64,000 nucleotides of DNA, from contig CBDAON010000004.1 in NCBI GenBank assembly GCA_965198065.1, positions 320,001 through 384,000 on the forward strand, read 5' to 3'. Origin of the DNA: Longimicrobiales bacterium. Its GTDB lineage: Bacteria > Gemmatimonadota > Gemmatimonadetes > Longimicrobiales > Gaopeijiaceae. The position numbers and the translations under genes are program-made. The notes beneath the pieces are model-generated. The model was not told where the DNA came from and did not search any database. It saw only the letters and a program-made list of their open reading frames with translations. Positions 1 through 10,330 of the stretch are shown here, piece after piece. The stretch's first letter is position 1. Each line of letters opens with the position of its first letter.

Positions 1-282
1 CAGGTGCCGGTCCGTGAGCATGAGGGGGAAAACGTGGTACTTCCGGGCCATGGCCTCGGGCACGGTCTCGACCGCACCGGCATCCGGGATGGACAGGTCG
101 GCCATGTTCAGCCGGAAATACTCGGCCACGAGCTCGGACATCCGCTGGTCCGCGATGCCGAGCGCCCGGGTCACGATCGGCCATGCTTCGCGGACCGGCG
201 CGGTCGGGGGCAGCTCGGGGCGCTCGTCCGGCACGATCCCCGCCCGCTCGGCGACCCGGAACAGCCAGTGGACCGAGCTCAC
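1..282 (-). CDS. N-terminal part of a GspE/PilB-family secretion/pilus ATPase-like protein; runs off the window edge
   Basis: GTG at 282 overlaps the upstream TGA (GTGA). Translation MSSVHWLFRVAERAG...VETVPEAMARKYHVFPLMLTDRHL resembles the T2SSE/PilB N-terminal domain. Not in the ORF track. Confidence 0.65.
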   Translation of the reverse strand, partial: MSSVHWLFRVAERAGIVPDERPELPPTAPVREAWPIVTRALGIADQRMSELVAEYFRLNMADLSIPDAGAVETVPEAMARKYHVFPLMLTDRHL

Positions 283-296
283 CCGACCCTCTCCAC
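241..296. repeat. 56-bp exact direct repeat, copy 1
   Basis: cgcccgctcggcgacccggaacagccagtggaccgagctcacccgaccctctccac, identical to 951-1006. Confidence 0.97.
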
Positions 297-1117
297 TTTC
301 ACGCGCTTCTCCTCGTACATCGCTCGATCGGCCTCCGCGAGGAGTTCGTCCAGTCGCGTCTTCCGGCCGGTCTCGTACCGCGCGATCCCGATGCTCGCGG
401 AGAGCCGGAAGAGGGCTTGCCCGCTGTCGTTGAACTCCTCGAGACGCTCCCGGAGCCGCCGCGCGAGCATCTCCGCGTCGTCCCCGGAGGCCTCGAGCGC
501 CAGGACCGCGAACTCGTCTCCGCCAGGGCGGGCCACCAGATCGGACCGCCGGAAGGTCTGCCGGAGGATCTCCGCCACCTTGAGGAGCCCCCGGTCCCCG
601 ACGTGATAGCCGTACGTGTCGTTGATCGTCTTGAACTGGTCGAGGTCGAGGTAGAAGAGCGCGAGCGGCCGGCCCGTTCGTCGAGCCAGCTTCGCGTGGT
701 GCTCGCCGAGCTCCAGGAAGCCTCTCCGATTGTAGAGACCCGTTAGGTCGTCGATCAGGGACAGACTTCGGAGGGCCGACAAGAGGCGATGGCGCTCGAT
801 CGCGTACCGGACGGAGCGGGCGACAAGATCCCCGTCCGAGCGTTCCTTCACGAGGTAGTCCTGGGCCCCCGCCTGCACGGTCCTGAGGGCCAGATCGAGG
901 TCCTCGCTGAACGCAAGCACCACGATCGGCACGTTGGGCGCGAACGCGTTCGCCCGCTCGGCGACCCGGAACAGCCAGTGGACCGAGCTCACCCGACCCT
1001 CTCCACCTGGTAATACCCGTCGTCGAGTCGGGAGAGAGCTTCTCGGAAGTTGCCCAGATCCTCGGGCGTCTCCTCGACCAGGAGGACCCGAGTCGAACGT
1101 CGGACCCGGTCGATCAT
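279..1117 (-). pseudogene. Response regulator-diguanylate cyclase (REC-GGDEF), REC domain disrupted
   Basis: The C-terminal part has DDLTGLYNRR, LDLDQFKTINDTYG, an RxxD I-site and GGDEF. The REC N-terminus (MIDRVRRSTRVLLVEE...YQVERVG*) is at 989-1117 in another frame. The middle of REC is replaced by a 56-bp copy of 241-296. Confidence 0.85.
951..1006. repeat. 56-bp exact direct repeat, copy 2 (inside the REC domain)
   Basis: Identical to 241-296, 710 bp apart. Confidence 0.97.
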
Positions 1118-1422
1118 CACCTCTCAGAGCGGGCAAGAATAGCGCCCGGTCAATCGGGGTCGAGCGGTGTTCTCGCGCGCGAGCCCCGTTCGCGCGACCC
1201 GCCTGTGGGGCGTCGGTAACCTGTGAAGCTAATCACCCCCGCGGAGGCGCGCCATTGGGGCACGGGGCCCATGGACACTGCCTTTGCGGCCCCTTCCGGA
1301 CTCTCCGCCGACTCCACCCTGCCGGAAAGTATGCGCCCCACGGCCCGTCCGGCAGCTGACCAGGTTATCTTCGTGAATCAAGCGTTCCCCCTTTCCCCCA
1401 GTCCTCGCGAAGAGCCTGGACG

Positions 1423-2148
1423 ATGTTTCATCGGGCGCTCCAGATCCTGACCGGCACGCTCTCGGGGCTAGCGGTAGTCGCCGTGCTCCTCTGGGCGAGG
1501 GTGCTGGGCCCGTCGCCCTCTCAGAGCGGTGTGACCGCGACGCTCCCGGCCTACCCCGCCCCGTCCCTCGTCCTTCCCGACACCCAGGGGGACACGTTCG
1601 ACCTCACCGGCCTCCGCGGGGAGCTCGCCCTCGTCTTCTTCGGGTTCTCGAACTGCCCGGACGTCTGCCCTCTCACCCTCGCGACCTGGACCCGGGCCCT
1701 CGCTCGGCTGGAGGGCGGGGCGGACCGCTTCCACGGGATCTTCGTAAGCGTGGACCCGGGGCGGGACACCCCCGAGGCCGTGACGCGATGGATGCAGAGC
1801 TTCCATCCGTCGATTCGGGCCCTCGTCGGAACCGAGGCGGAAATCGCCCGCGTGGCGGAGGCGTGGGGCGTGTACGTTGGCATGCGCTCGGACCCGGGAG
1901 GGCCCCCACCCCGCTCGCCCACCGTGGCAGCTCCTACGGCCGACCCTCACGCGGGACACGGGCCCGCGGCCGGGACGGCGGGGAACAGCGGCGGGTCGCT
2001 CGTCGTGGCCACGGACTCGGAGTACCTGATCGACCACTCGGCCCGGACGTTCCTGGTGGACCGCGGCGGACGCGTGGCCCGAATCCTCCCCCCCGACCTG
2101 GACGAAGAGGAGCTCCTCGCGACGATCGAGCCCTACTTCGAGGGGTGA
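1423..2148 (+). CDS. SCO1/SenC family copper chaperone
   Basis: N-terminal TM, FFGFSNCPDVCP (CxxxC), FVSVDP, YLIDHSA His ligand. Confidence 0.93.
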   Translation: MFHRALQILTGTLSGLAVVAVLLWARVLGPSPSQSGVTATLPAYPAPSLVLPDTQGDTFDLTGLRGELALVFFGFSNCPDVCPLTLATWTRALARLEGGADRFHGIFVSVDPGRDTPEAVTRWMQSFHPSIRALVGTEAEIARVAEAWGVYVGMRSDPGGPPPRSPTVAAPTADPHAGHGPAAGTAGNSGGSLVVATDSEYLIDHSARTFLVDRGGRVARILPPDLDEEELLATIEPYFEG

Positions 2149-2576
2149 CGGGGCTCCGCGGCACAGTGGTCGCCGCAGCCGAATCGCTGTCGGTTTCGGG
2201 CCACCCACGCGTACACCACCGCAGCGAGCGAGCGTACTCCAGGGACCCGGAACCCCCACCCCACCCACCCGACTCCGGGAAGCAGGAGGAAGAGCTCTTC
2301 GGCTGCCCGGGCACCCTCCCAGCGCCGGCCGTCCGGGGCCACCAAGTGCATGGCGGCCTCGAGGCGCTCCTGGGAGAGCGCGGGGAACCGCTCACGAACG
2401 CCCGCATCCTGATACGGAACGGCATCGATCGCGCGGTCTCCATCCCGCGCACGCAGCCACCTCACTGACCGGCGGCACAGCTCGCACTCCCCATCGTAGA
2501 TGAGGACGTAGCGGGAGGCGGCTGGCTCCGGGTGCGTCCTGGACCGCCCGGACCGACCGCGGTCAGTGGTAGTCAA
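2133..2576 (-). CDS. DCC1-like/DUF393 thiol-disulfide oxidoreductase family
   Basis: LIYDGECELC (DxxCxxC) and C-terminal YAWVARNR. Confidence 0.88.
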   Translation of the reverse strand: MTTTDRGRSGRSRTHPEPAASRYVLIYDGECELCRRSVRWLRARDGDRAIDAVPYQDAGVRERFPALSQERLEAAMHLVAPDGRRWEGARAAEELFLLLPGVGWVGWGFRVPGVRSLAAVVYAWVARNRQRFGCGDHCAAEPRHPSK

Positions 2577-3759
2577 CGGAGATGCGCGAGGCCGCTTCGA
2601 GCGCCCGGGTGCGACTTTCCGCCACCGTCCTCCCCGTCGCCAGGGCGATGCCCATGCGCCGATGTAGGTAGGCGTCGGGCTTCCCGAATATCCTCACCTG
2701 GGCGCTCTCGACTTGGAGGGCGCGATCGAGGCCCCGGTAACCCGTGACGAGGCCGTCCCGGTCGGCCAGAATCACCGCGGAGGCGGCCGGCCCCAGAAAC
2801 CGGATCGTCGGGATGGGAAGGCCCATTGCGGCCCGAAGATGCAGATCGAACTGCGAAAGGTCGTGCGAGACCATCGTCACCATGCCCGTGTCGTGGGGGC
2901 CTACGGAGACCTCGGAGAAGATCGACTCCTCATCCGTAACGAAGAACTCGACCCCAAACACACCGGCACCGCCCAGGCGCGCCGCCACCTGCCCCGCCTG
3001 CTCGCGCATCTCCCGGGACCTGCCTTCCTCCAGGTCGGCGGGGATCCACGATTCTCGGTGTCCTCCGCGCTCCTGACGTTGCCCGATCGGTGGGAGGTGG
3101 GTCGTCGTGCCGTCCAGTTCGCGGATTGTGAGGAGGGTGACTTCGGACCGGAACTCCACGAACTCCTCGACGACCACGCCGAACGCATCTCCCATCGCTT
3201 CCTCGTAGGCGAACGCCCAGGCTCGATCCACCCGGGCCGGGCCCGGGACGACGCTCTGGCCCTTTCCCGGGTACGCCGCGACAGGCTTCACCACGCATGG
3301 GTATCCGACGTCATCGCAGGCCTCGCGAAGCTCTTCCACCGAGGACGCGAACCGATACACCGGCGTGCGGAGCCCGAGCTCGTCCCGGACGAGCGCGCGG
3401 AGCGCCGAGCGGTCCATCACGAGCTCGGCCGTGGCGGCACTGGGGACGACGTGAAACCCCTGTTCCTCAAGACCTGCCAGGGTGTCGGCCTGGATCGCTT
3501 CCACCTCGGGCAGGATCAGGTCCGGGCGGTAGCTCCGGATAACGCCCTGGAGGGCCGTCCCATCCCTGAGGGAGAGCACCTCCGAAGCATCAGCCACCTG
3601 CATGGCGGGCGCCTGAGCGGAACGGTCGACCGCGATCACGCGGAGCCCGAGCCGCTGCGCGGAGATCGCGATCTCCTTTCCCAGCTCACCGGCACCGAGT
3701 AGCAGGATCGACCGCGGGAGCAGGGGGTGGGCAGAGGGAGACCCCGCGGCTCGGGCCAT
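2563..3759 (-). CDS. purT: Formate-dependent GAR transformylase PurT-like ATP-grasp protein (divergent)
   Basis: LLGAGELGKE, APAMQVA, PEVEAI, PHDTGMVT, FGKP, RRMGIALA; start placed at ATG 3759. Confidence 0.85.
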   Translation of the reverse strand: MARAAGSPSAHPLLPRSILLLGAGELGKEIAISAQRLGLRVIAVDRSAQAPAMQVADASEVLSLRDGTALQGVIRSYRPDLILPEVEAIQADTLAGLEEQGFHVVPSAATAELVMDRSALRALVRDELGLRTPVYRFASSVEELREACDDVGYPCVVKPVAAYPGKGQSVVPGPARVDRAWAFAYEEAMGDAFGVVVEEFVEFRSEVTLLTIRELDGTTTHLPPIGQRQERGGHRESWIPADLEEGRSREMREQAGQVAARLGGAGVFGVEFFVTDEESIFSEVSVGPHDTGMVTMVSHDLSQFDLHLRAAMGLPIPTIRFLGPAASAVILADRDGLVTGYRGLDRALQVESAQVRIFGKPDAYLHRRMGIALATGRTVAESRTRALEAASRISVDYH

Positions 3760-3917
3760 GCCTGAACCTCCGTATCGAGCGATGGTGCGACCCGAAGAAG
3801 CTACCCTTACAATGAGGGGGCCGCCACATGGATCGGAGCCCCTCGCGGCCGCCGAGGATCGACCGCGTGGATGGACCGCGGATCGTCTCACGATCGCCCA
3901 CTCCGCCGACGACCGCG

Positions 3918-4862
3918 ATGACGTGGAAGGACCGAATTCCCGAGCTCGCCCGGCGCCTCCCAGGCCTCGTCCTCGAGCGGGACATCCTCCTCGCTCCCTT
4001 CACCACTTTCCGGATCGGGGGGCCCGCCGATCTTCTCGTGCGTGTGCGGACGCCCGAGCAGATGATCCTCGCTATCTCCGAGGCGCGCGCGCTCCAGATC
4101 CCTCACTTCCTCCTCGGTCGCGGCGCGAACATCCTGGTCGCGGACCGGGGGTTCCGGGGCCTCGTGATCCGATCCGAGCTCCAGGGGATCGAGTTCCTGA
4201 ACGGGGTGCGCGTCCGGGCCGCTGCGGGGGTCGAGACGTTTCCCGACCTGATCCAGGCCACCGTATCCCGGGGGCTCGGTGGGCTCCATCACTTCGTCGG
4301 TATCCCCAGCACGGTCGGGGGCGCGCTTTGGCAGAACCTCCACTTTCTCTCGCCCGCTCCGGCTCGGGCGCGGACCGTATTCATCGAGGAGGTGCTCGAG
4401 TCGGCCGAGATCCTGACCGAGGAGGGGAATCGGCGGACGGTTGGCGTGGATTACTTCCGGTTCGGTTACGACGACTCGATCCTGCAGCACCGGCAGGACG
4501 TTGTGCTGTCGGCGACGTTCCGGCTCCAGCCCACGCCCGAGGACGAGCTCCGCCGCGTAATCCGGGAGAACCTCGCGTGGAGGGGCGAGCGCCACCCCGA
4601 TCTGTGGCTCTACCCGTGCGTGGGCTCGATCTTCCGGAAGATCGACGGTGTAGGGGCGGGGAGGCTGATCGACGAGTGCGGGCTCAAGGGCCGAGTGCAC
4701 GGATCAGCCGAGATCTCCCACAAGCACGCGAACATCATCGTGAACCTGGGGGGCGCGACGGCCGGCCAGGTCGTCCATCTGATTGAGCTGGCCAGAGCGA
4801 CCGTCCTTGAGCGTACCGGGCACGCCCTCGTTCCCGAGATCACATTTGTCGGTGAGTTCTGA
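3918..4862 (+). CDS. murB: UDP-N-acetylmuramate dehydrogenase
   Basis: LAPFTTFRIGGPAD, LGRGANILV, GIPSTVGG, GSIF, AGRLIDECGLKG, SHKHANIIVN. Confidence 0.93.
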   Translation: MTWKDRIPELARRLPGLVLERDILLAPFTTFRIGGPADLLVRVRTPEQMILAISEARALQIPHFLLGRGANILVADRGFRGLVIRSELQGIEFLNGVRVRAAAGVETFPDLIQATVSRGLGGLHHFVGIPSTVGGALWQNLHFLSPAPARARTVFIEEVLESAEILTEEGNRRTVGVDYFRFGYDDSILQHRQDVVLSATFRLQPTPEDELRRVIRENLAWRGERHPDLWLYPCVGSIFRKIDGVGAGRLIDECGLKGRVHGSAEISHKHANIIVNLGGATAGQVVHLIELARATVLERTGHALVPEITFVGEF

Positions 4863-4885
4863 CGGCGCCCGGACCGGACCGGGGG

Positions 4886-5347
4886 TCACTCGACGTCGCG
4901 CTCGCGCCCCATGGCAAGGGCGACGTCCTCCGTGAGGGGGCGGCGGCCGGAGAATCCCGCGTTCACCTCGTGCCAGGCCAGGATCTGGTCCTCGCCCATG
5001 CGCCAGCACAGGTAGACGGTACGACCGGCGTAACGAGCCGGGAAGTCGACCAGGCCATGCTCGATGCCCCCCGCGGGAAGGCGGACACCTAGGGAGAGGA
5101 GGCCGGTCTCGACCAGCCGCTCGAGGCGGTGCACGCTCCGCTCGAGTTCCGCCCTGGACCGGAGGAACTCTTCCCGATCGGGGTTCCCGGCCGCGCGGAT
5201 CTTCTCCCCCCAGAGCCCCTCCAGAAGCTGGACACGATCTGCGGTTCGCTCGATCTCCTGCCGGACCTGCCGGATCTCCTCCATGACCGACGTGAGGCGG
5301 GGGAGCAGAGCCCCTGCCTCGGGCACCGTGAAGAACCGCTGGATCAC
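4886..5347 (-). CDS. DUF2203 family protein
   Basis: RFFTVPEAGALLP...GLVDFP...VYLCWRMGEDQILAWHEVNAGFSGRRP; GTG start overlaps the proC stop. Confidence 0.85.
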   Translation of the reverse strand: MIQRFFTVPEAGALLPRLTSVMEEIRQVRQEIERTADRVQLLEGLWGEKIRAAGNPDREEFLRSRAELERSVHRLERLVETGLLSLGVRLPAGGIEHGLVDFPARYAGRTVYLCWRMGEDQILAWHEVNAGFSGRRPLTEDVALAMGRERDVE

Positions 5348-6264
5348 GATCCGCCCCCGTCGCCCGGGGAGGACGGGTCCAGGGTGCCGGCCCGCTGAGC
5401 CGACATCACCAGCCCGCGCACGAGCGCGGAGCTGAACCCGCGATTCTCCATCTCGTTCAGCCCGGCGATCGTGCAGCCGTTCGGGGTCGTCACCTTGTCG
5501 ATCTCGGTCTCGGGATGGCTTTGATTCACCAGTAACAGCTCGGACGCTCCCTTGGCCGTCTGAGCGGCCATCCGGATGGCCTCCTCGGCGTGGAAGCCGA
5601 TCTGGATTCCACCCTGGGCGGCCGCCCGAATAGCCCTGAGGAAGAACGCGATCCCGCAGGCGCAGAGCGCTGTCGCCGCGGCCATGTTGGATTCGTCGAT
5701 CCGAACCGTCTCCCCGAGTCCAGCGAAGAGCGCCTCCACTTCTGGAAGCACGGGCTCCGAGGCCGCATCCAGCGCGAGACACGTCATCGAGTTCAGAGTC
5801 TGAATCCCCAGGTTCGGCATCGCGCGAACGACCGGCAGGTCGTCGCCCACGTACGTTCGGAGGGCCTCGATCGAAACCCCGGTCACCGTGGATACGAGCA
5901 CGTGCCGCGACCGATCGAGCACCGGAGCCACCTCGGGGAGGACCTCCAGCGTGTCACGGGGCTGGACCGCCAGGATCACGATCCGCGCGGCCGAGGCGAA
6001 TTTTGCGTTATCGCTCCCGACCCCATAGCCCAGCGCCGCGAACTCCGCCAGCTCCTTCGGGTGGCGGTGAGTGAGCATGATCTCCTCGGGCCGACGGAGA
6101 CCGGCACGCACGATCCCTCGCGCGATCGCGCTGCCCAGGTTCCCCGCTCCGAGGACGGTAATCGGGGTGACACCCGTCTTCCGTGTCGGCGTACGCTCCG
6201 CCGCCGGCCGCTTACCGGCGGCCGCCCCCTTCCGGACCTTGGGCCGCTTCTGATTCATCGACAC
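5344..6264 (-). CDS. proC: Pyrroline-5-carboxylate reductase
   Basis: GAGNLG Rossmann motif, LAVQP, VRAMPN, VTTPNGCTIAGL. Confidence 0.93.
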   Translation of the reverse strand: MSMNQKRPKVRKGAAAGKRPAAERTPTRKTGVTPITVLGAGNLGSAIARGIVRAGLRRPEEIMLTHRHPKELAEFAALGYGVGSDNAKFASAARIVILAVQPRDTLEVLPEVAPVLDRSRHVLVSTVTGVSIEALRTYVGDDLPVVRAMPNLGIQTLNSMTCLALDAASEPVLPEVEALFAGLGETVRIDESNMAAATALCACGIAFFLRAIRAAAQGGIQIGFHAEEAIRMAAQTAKGASELLLVNQSHPETEIDKVTTPNGCTIAGLNEMENRGFSSALVRGLVMSAQRAGTLDPSSPGDGGGS

Positions 6265-6273
6265 CTCGCTGGC

Positions 6274-7341
6274 CTAAGGAGCGCTCACGCCGGGTACCCG
6301 TCCCTCTGCCACCGCCAGCTCGGCGCAGAGGAGCGCGCCACCGGCGGCTCCGCGGATCGTGTTGTGCGATAGGACGGCCATGCGGAGATCCAGCAGCTCG
6401 CACCTGCGGACCCTTCCCACGGACACGGCCATACCTCCGTCCAAGTCTCGGTGAAGCCGGGGCTGGGGGTGATCCATCCCCGCGAGCAGGTGAACCGGGC
6501 GCTCGGGAGCCGTCGGCAGACCCATCTCCTGAGGCACACCGCAGAAGGAGGCCATGCCCTCGATGGCCTCCTCGGGCGAGGCCGAACGCTCGAGCCCGAC
6601 CGAGACCATCTCGAGGTGCCCGTCCAACACCGGGACTCGTGTGCACTGCGCGCTCACCACGATCTCGGCCTCCTCCACACCCCTCCCGTTCAGCCGGCCC
6701 AGAATCTTGCGGGTCTCCGTCTCGAGCTTCTCCTCCTCCCCCGAGATGAAGGGGACGACGTTGTCGAGGATCTCCATGGACGCGACGCCCGGGAGTCCCG
6801 CGCCCGAGAGCGCCTGGAGTGTCACGACGTGCACGCGGTTCACTCCGAACGCCTGCTGGAGCGCTCGAAGTGGGATCACGAGCCCAATCGTAGAGCAGTT
6901 CGGATTCGTGACGATCCCTCCGCCCGCCGGGAAGGATTGCGCCTCGAGCAGCGCGAGATGGTGCGGATTCACCTCGGGAACCAGCAGGGGAACGTCCGCG
7001 TCCATGCGATGGTTCCGCGCGTTCGACACCACCATCACGCCCGCCTCGGCAAACGCCGTTTCGGCCGGCCCTGCCACGCTCGAGTCCAGCGCGGAAAAGG
7101 CGATCGGCACCTCGGGACCCGGGGTCGTGGGGAGAACGGGAAGCTCGGCCACCTCGGAAGCCAGAGGCCGTTCCTGAACCCACCGCACCGCCTCGCCGTA
7201 GCGCTTGCCCTCTGAGCGCTCGGAGGCCGTCACGGCCGCGACCCGAAACCACGGGTGCCCGTGGAGAAGCTGCACGAAGCGCTGACCCACGCTTCCGGTC
7301 GCGCCCAGCACCGCAACCGGGATCCGATCGTCCCGCGCCAT
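6274..7341 (-). CDS. asd: Aspartate-semialdehyde dehydrogenase (archaeal/fungal-like subtype)
   Basis: LGATGSVGQRF, VPEVN, NPNCST, QALSGAG, RVPVLDGH, HNTIRGAAG. Confidence 0.95.
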   Translation of the reverse strand: MARDDRIPVAVLGATGSVGQRFVQLLHGHPWFRVAAVTASERSEGKRYGEAVRWVQERPLASEVAELPVLPTTPGPEVPIAFSALDSSVAGPAETAFAEAGVMVVSNARNHRMDADVPLLVPEVNPHHLALLEAQSFPAGGGIVTNPNCSTIGLVIPLRALQQAFGVNRVHVVTLQALSGAGLPGVASMEILDNVVPFISGEEEKLETETRKILGRLNGRGVEEAEIVVSAQCTRVPVLDGHLEMVSVGLERSASPEEAIEGMASFCGVPQEMGLPTAPERPVHLLAGMDHPQPRLHRDLDGGMAVSVGRVRRCELLDLRMAVLSHNTIRGAAGGALLCAELAVAEGRVPGVSAP

Positions 7342-7472
7342 CCGCTCCCATACTCCTGTTTCGCCCTGGAATCTCCGGTGTAACGCACCTCGGAAGCTAA
7401 CCGCACTCGGGGCCACGCCAAGTCCGCCGGGCGCCCGTTGCCGGGGCCCGCGGAGCTCGGGATCTTCAGGAG

Positions 7473-7993
7473 ATGAACGACTCCCCGGCCGCTCCCGGTG
7501 CTGCCCTCCTCCGGCTCTGGACCCGCCTCCGGCCCCTTCCCGGCGGGAGGCTCCTCTTCTCCCGCCTCCTAGGGTGGAGGGTTCCCTACACGGGCACGGT
7601 AGCCCCGCGGGTCGAGCATCTGGAGGCCGGAGTCGCCCGCGTCGCGCTCCGGGACCGGAGAAGGGTGCGGAACCACCTGGGCTCGGTGCATGCGGTCGCA
7701 CTCACGAACCTGGGTGAGGTCACGAGCGGGCTCGCCACCCTGACGGCGATCCCCGGGGGGGTCCGGGGCATCGTGGTCCGTCTCGAGTCCGAGTACACCA
7801 AGAAGGCGCGGGGACGCCTCGTCGCGGAGTCACGCTGGTCCCCCCCCGACCTTACGCACGTCATGACGACGAAGGGGGGGACGTGAGCGGCGGGAGGTGG
7901 GCGGAGGAGTGGGTGACGGCAACGATCCGTGACGGGGCAGGAGACGAGGTCGCACGAGTCCGCTCGCTCTGGCGGCTGAGCCCCATCCGGTGA
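7473..7993 (+). CDS. Hotdog-fold thioesterase (DUF4442-like); apparent frameshift in a G run near 7880
   Basis: [26 protein letters not shown]. The natural C-terminus ([24 protein letters not shown]) continues in another frame to 7993 and overlaps the next GTG. Confidence 0.8.
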
Positions 7994-9042
7994 GCGGCGA
8001 CGACAAGGACAGGCCCGAACCCCCGGTCGATGTCCCCCCGGCAACCGGAGTCCCTGCTCCCCGCCTCCGCACGCGCCTGACCGAGGACGCGGGATGCTCC
8101 GTCCCGCTCATTTGCGGGGCCATGTATCCGTGTTCGAATCCCGAGCTCGTGGCTGCCGCAAGCGACGCGGGCGCGGTCGGGATCGTCCAGCCGATGAGCC
8201 TCACCTACGTGCACCGGCATCCGTTTCGCGACGGCCTCAGGCTCATCCGATCCCTCACGTCCGCCCCCTTCGGGATGAACGCCCTCATTGAGGCCTCGTC
8301 CAAGGCGTATCGGCGCCGGATGGAGAGCTGGATCGATGTCGCGCTCGAGGAGGGGGTCCGGTTCTTCGTGACATCGCTCGGGAAGCCGGATTGGGTCGTG
8401 AAGAGGGTCCGCTCCATGGGGGGGAAGGTCTATCACGACGTGACGGAGCGGAAATGGGCCCAGAAGGGTCTGGACGCGGGGGTGGACGGCCTGATCGCCG
8501 TCAACCGACGGGCGGGCGGTCACCCCGGACAGCGGTCCGCGGCGGAGCTACTGGACGAGGTGCGAGACCTCGGGCTCCCGGTCGTGTGCGCGGGCGGTGT
8601 GGGGAGCCCGGAGGACTTCCAGGCCGCGCTCGCGATGGGCTACGCGGGCGTGCAGATGGGCACCCGCTTCATCGCGACCGAGGAGTGCCGGGCGTCAAAC
8701 GCCTACAAGCGAGCGATCGTGGAGGCCGGCGAGGAGGACATCGTCTGGACGGAGCGTATCACCGGAGTCCCGGTGGCGGTGATCCGGACCCCGTTCATCG
8801 AGGCGATGGGGACCCGTGCGGGCACCGTCGCCGTCCGGCTCCTCCGGTGGCGCCGAACCAAGCACTGGATGAGGACGTGGTACGCCTTGAACTCGCTTCG
8901 AAAGCTCAAGCGCTCGTCGCTCCGGGACGACAGCGCGCAGGAGTACTGGCAGGCGGGAAGGAGCGTAGCGGCCATCACGTCGATCGAGCGCGCCGGGGAC
9001 GTCGTGCGGCGCTTCGCCGCCGCCGCTGCAGGAGGCGCCTGA
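7990..9042 (+). CDS. Nitronate monooxygenase / FabK-like FMN-dependent oxidoreductase
   Basis: PLICGAMYPCSNPELVAA, RAGGHPG, CAGGVG, GVQMGTRFIAT. Confidence 0.9.
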   Translation: MSGDDKDRPEPPVDVPPATGVPAPRLRTRLTEDAGCSVPLICGAMYPCSNPELVAAASDAGAVGIVQPMSLTYVHRHPFRDGLRLIRSLTSAPFGMNALIEASSKAYRRRMESWIDVALEEGVRFFVTSLGKPDWVVKRVRSMGGKVYHDVTERKWAQKGLDAGVDGLIAVNRRAGGHPGQRSAAELLDEVRDLGLPVVCAGGVGSPEDFQAALAMGYAGVQMGTRFIATEECRASNAYKRAIVEAGEEDIVWTERITGVPVAVIRTPFIEAMGTRAGTVAVRLLRWRRTKHWMRTWYALNSLRKLKRSSLRDDSAQEYWQAGRSVAAITSIERAGDVVRRFAAAAAGGA

Positions 9043-9051
9043 AGACCGTCG

Positions 9052-10162
9052 CTACCGTCTCTCGACCACGGACAAGAGGACGCCCCCCGCAACCCCGAGG
9101 GCCAGGGGGGCCCAGGCGGGTGAGGCCCCCAGCGCGAGCACCCCACCGGCGACGACGACCGCCACCGCCACCCGGGCCACGAGGACGGTTCCGGTCGCCC
9201 GCCAGGCCGATACCGCCGAGCGCCCAAGGAAGAGGAACAGCCCGACGGCCAGGGCGGCGCGCGGCCCCCCTGCGACCGGATCGCCGGGGTGGAGGATCAG
9301 CTCCTCGATCGCGGCCGCCGTCGCGATCACCCCGCAGAGAAGGGGGAAGTGGGCCAGGGAGAAGGCGTCCCGGGCCATCGTGGTTCGCTCGGTGTCCGAC
9401 GCCGCCACCATCGAGCGCTCGAGGGCGGGCCTCAGCCGCGGGAAGTACGCCCACCAGAGAGCGCAGGTCAGCGCGACCGAGAGCACAGACACCGCGATGA
9501 GGTCGGGATCCGTCGGCACAGCAGTCAGTCCCGCGGCCGCCACGATCAGGGATTCCCCGAGCGCGATGATCACGATCAGGCCGTGCCGCTCGACGAAGTG
9601 CTCGGGGCGGAGGTTCCACCCCTCCTGCCGTCCCCCCTTTGCCGCCGCGACGATGTCCAGGGCGATCGCCGCGCCCCAGAGCCAGTACTGGGCCCTGCCC
9701 CCGAGCACGGCCCCCAGGAGGACGGCGGCGAGCCCTCCGACCGAGGCCAGGGCGAAGACCTGCACGGCCGAGCGGTGCGCGTCGTCCGCGGCCACCCACC
9801 AGTAGACGAGGAGCCCGATCGACCGCACGCCCACGTAAGGCACGGCGAACCAGACGGCCCCGCTCCCGAACGCGCCCGGCACCGCAACAGCCATGAAAAA
9901 CGCGACCCCGGTCGAGACGAGTGTCGCCAGCCCGATGCGTGGGTGATCCGTGTTGGCCGCGTTCAGCGCCCAGGTGAACTGGGTCCACGCCCACCACACG
10001 AGCCAGAACACGAGAGTCGCCTCGGCCACCCGTCCGGGCGTCATCCCCTCGTGGAGGAGCCCGACCACCTGGGTGACCGAGAACACAAACAACCAGATCG
10101 AAGAAGAGCTCGACGAACGTGACCCTCTGATCGTCGGGCGAGACCACGCTCATCGTGCTCAT
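9052..10162 (-). CDS. Low temperature requirement protein A (LtrA) membrane protein; +1 frameshift near 10090
   Basis: RVTFVELFFDLV|FVFSVTQ split across frames; WWAW, HFVERHGLIVIIALGES. Confidence 0.87.
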
Positions 10163-10330
10163 GGGCTGTGGAGGAAGGGGGAGGGAGCGCACGCACGGAA
10201 CCGAGGGTCGACCAATTATCCCGGGGGAGCGCCCCCGGCACAACGGTTTCGGTCTCGCGGGCGGCGACGAGAGCACCTACACGGGGGCGGACGATCCCAC
10301 TATCTTGGAAGTCGTTTTGAAATGGACCGA

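Noticed and set aside
241..1006. CRISPR repeat or IS target duplication for the 56-bp repeat
   Set aside because: Only two copies 710 bp apart, both made of coding sequence; no cas or transposase genes.
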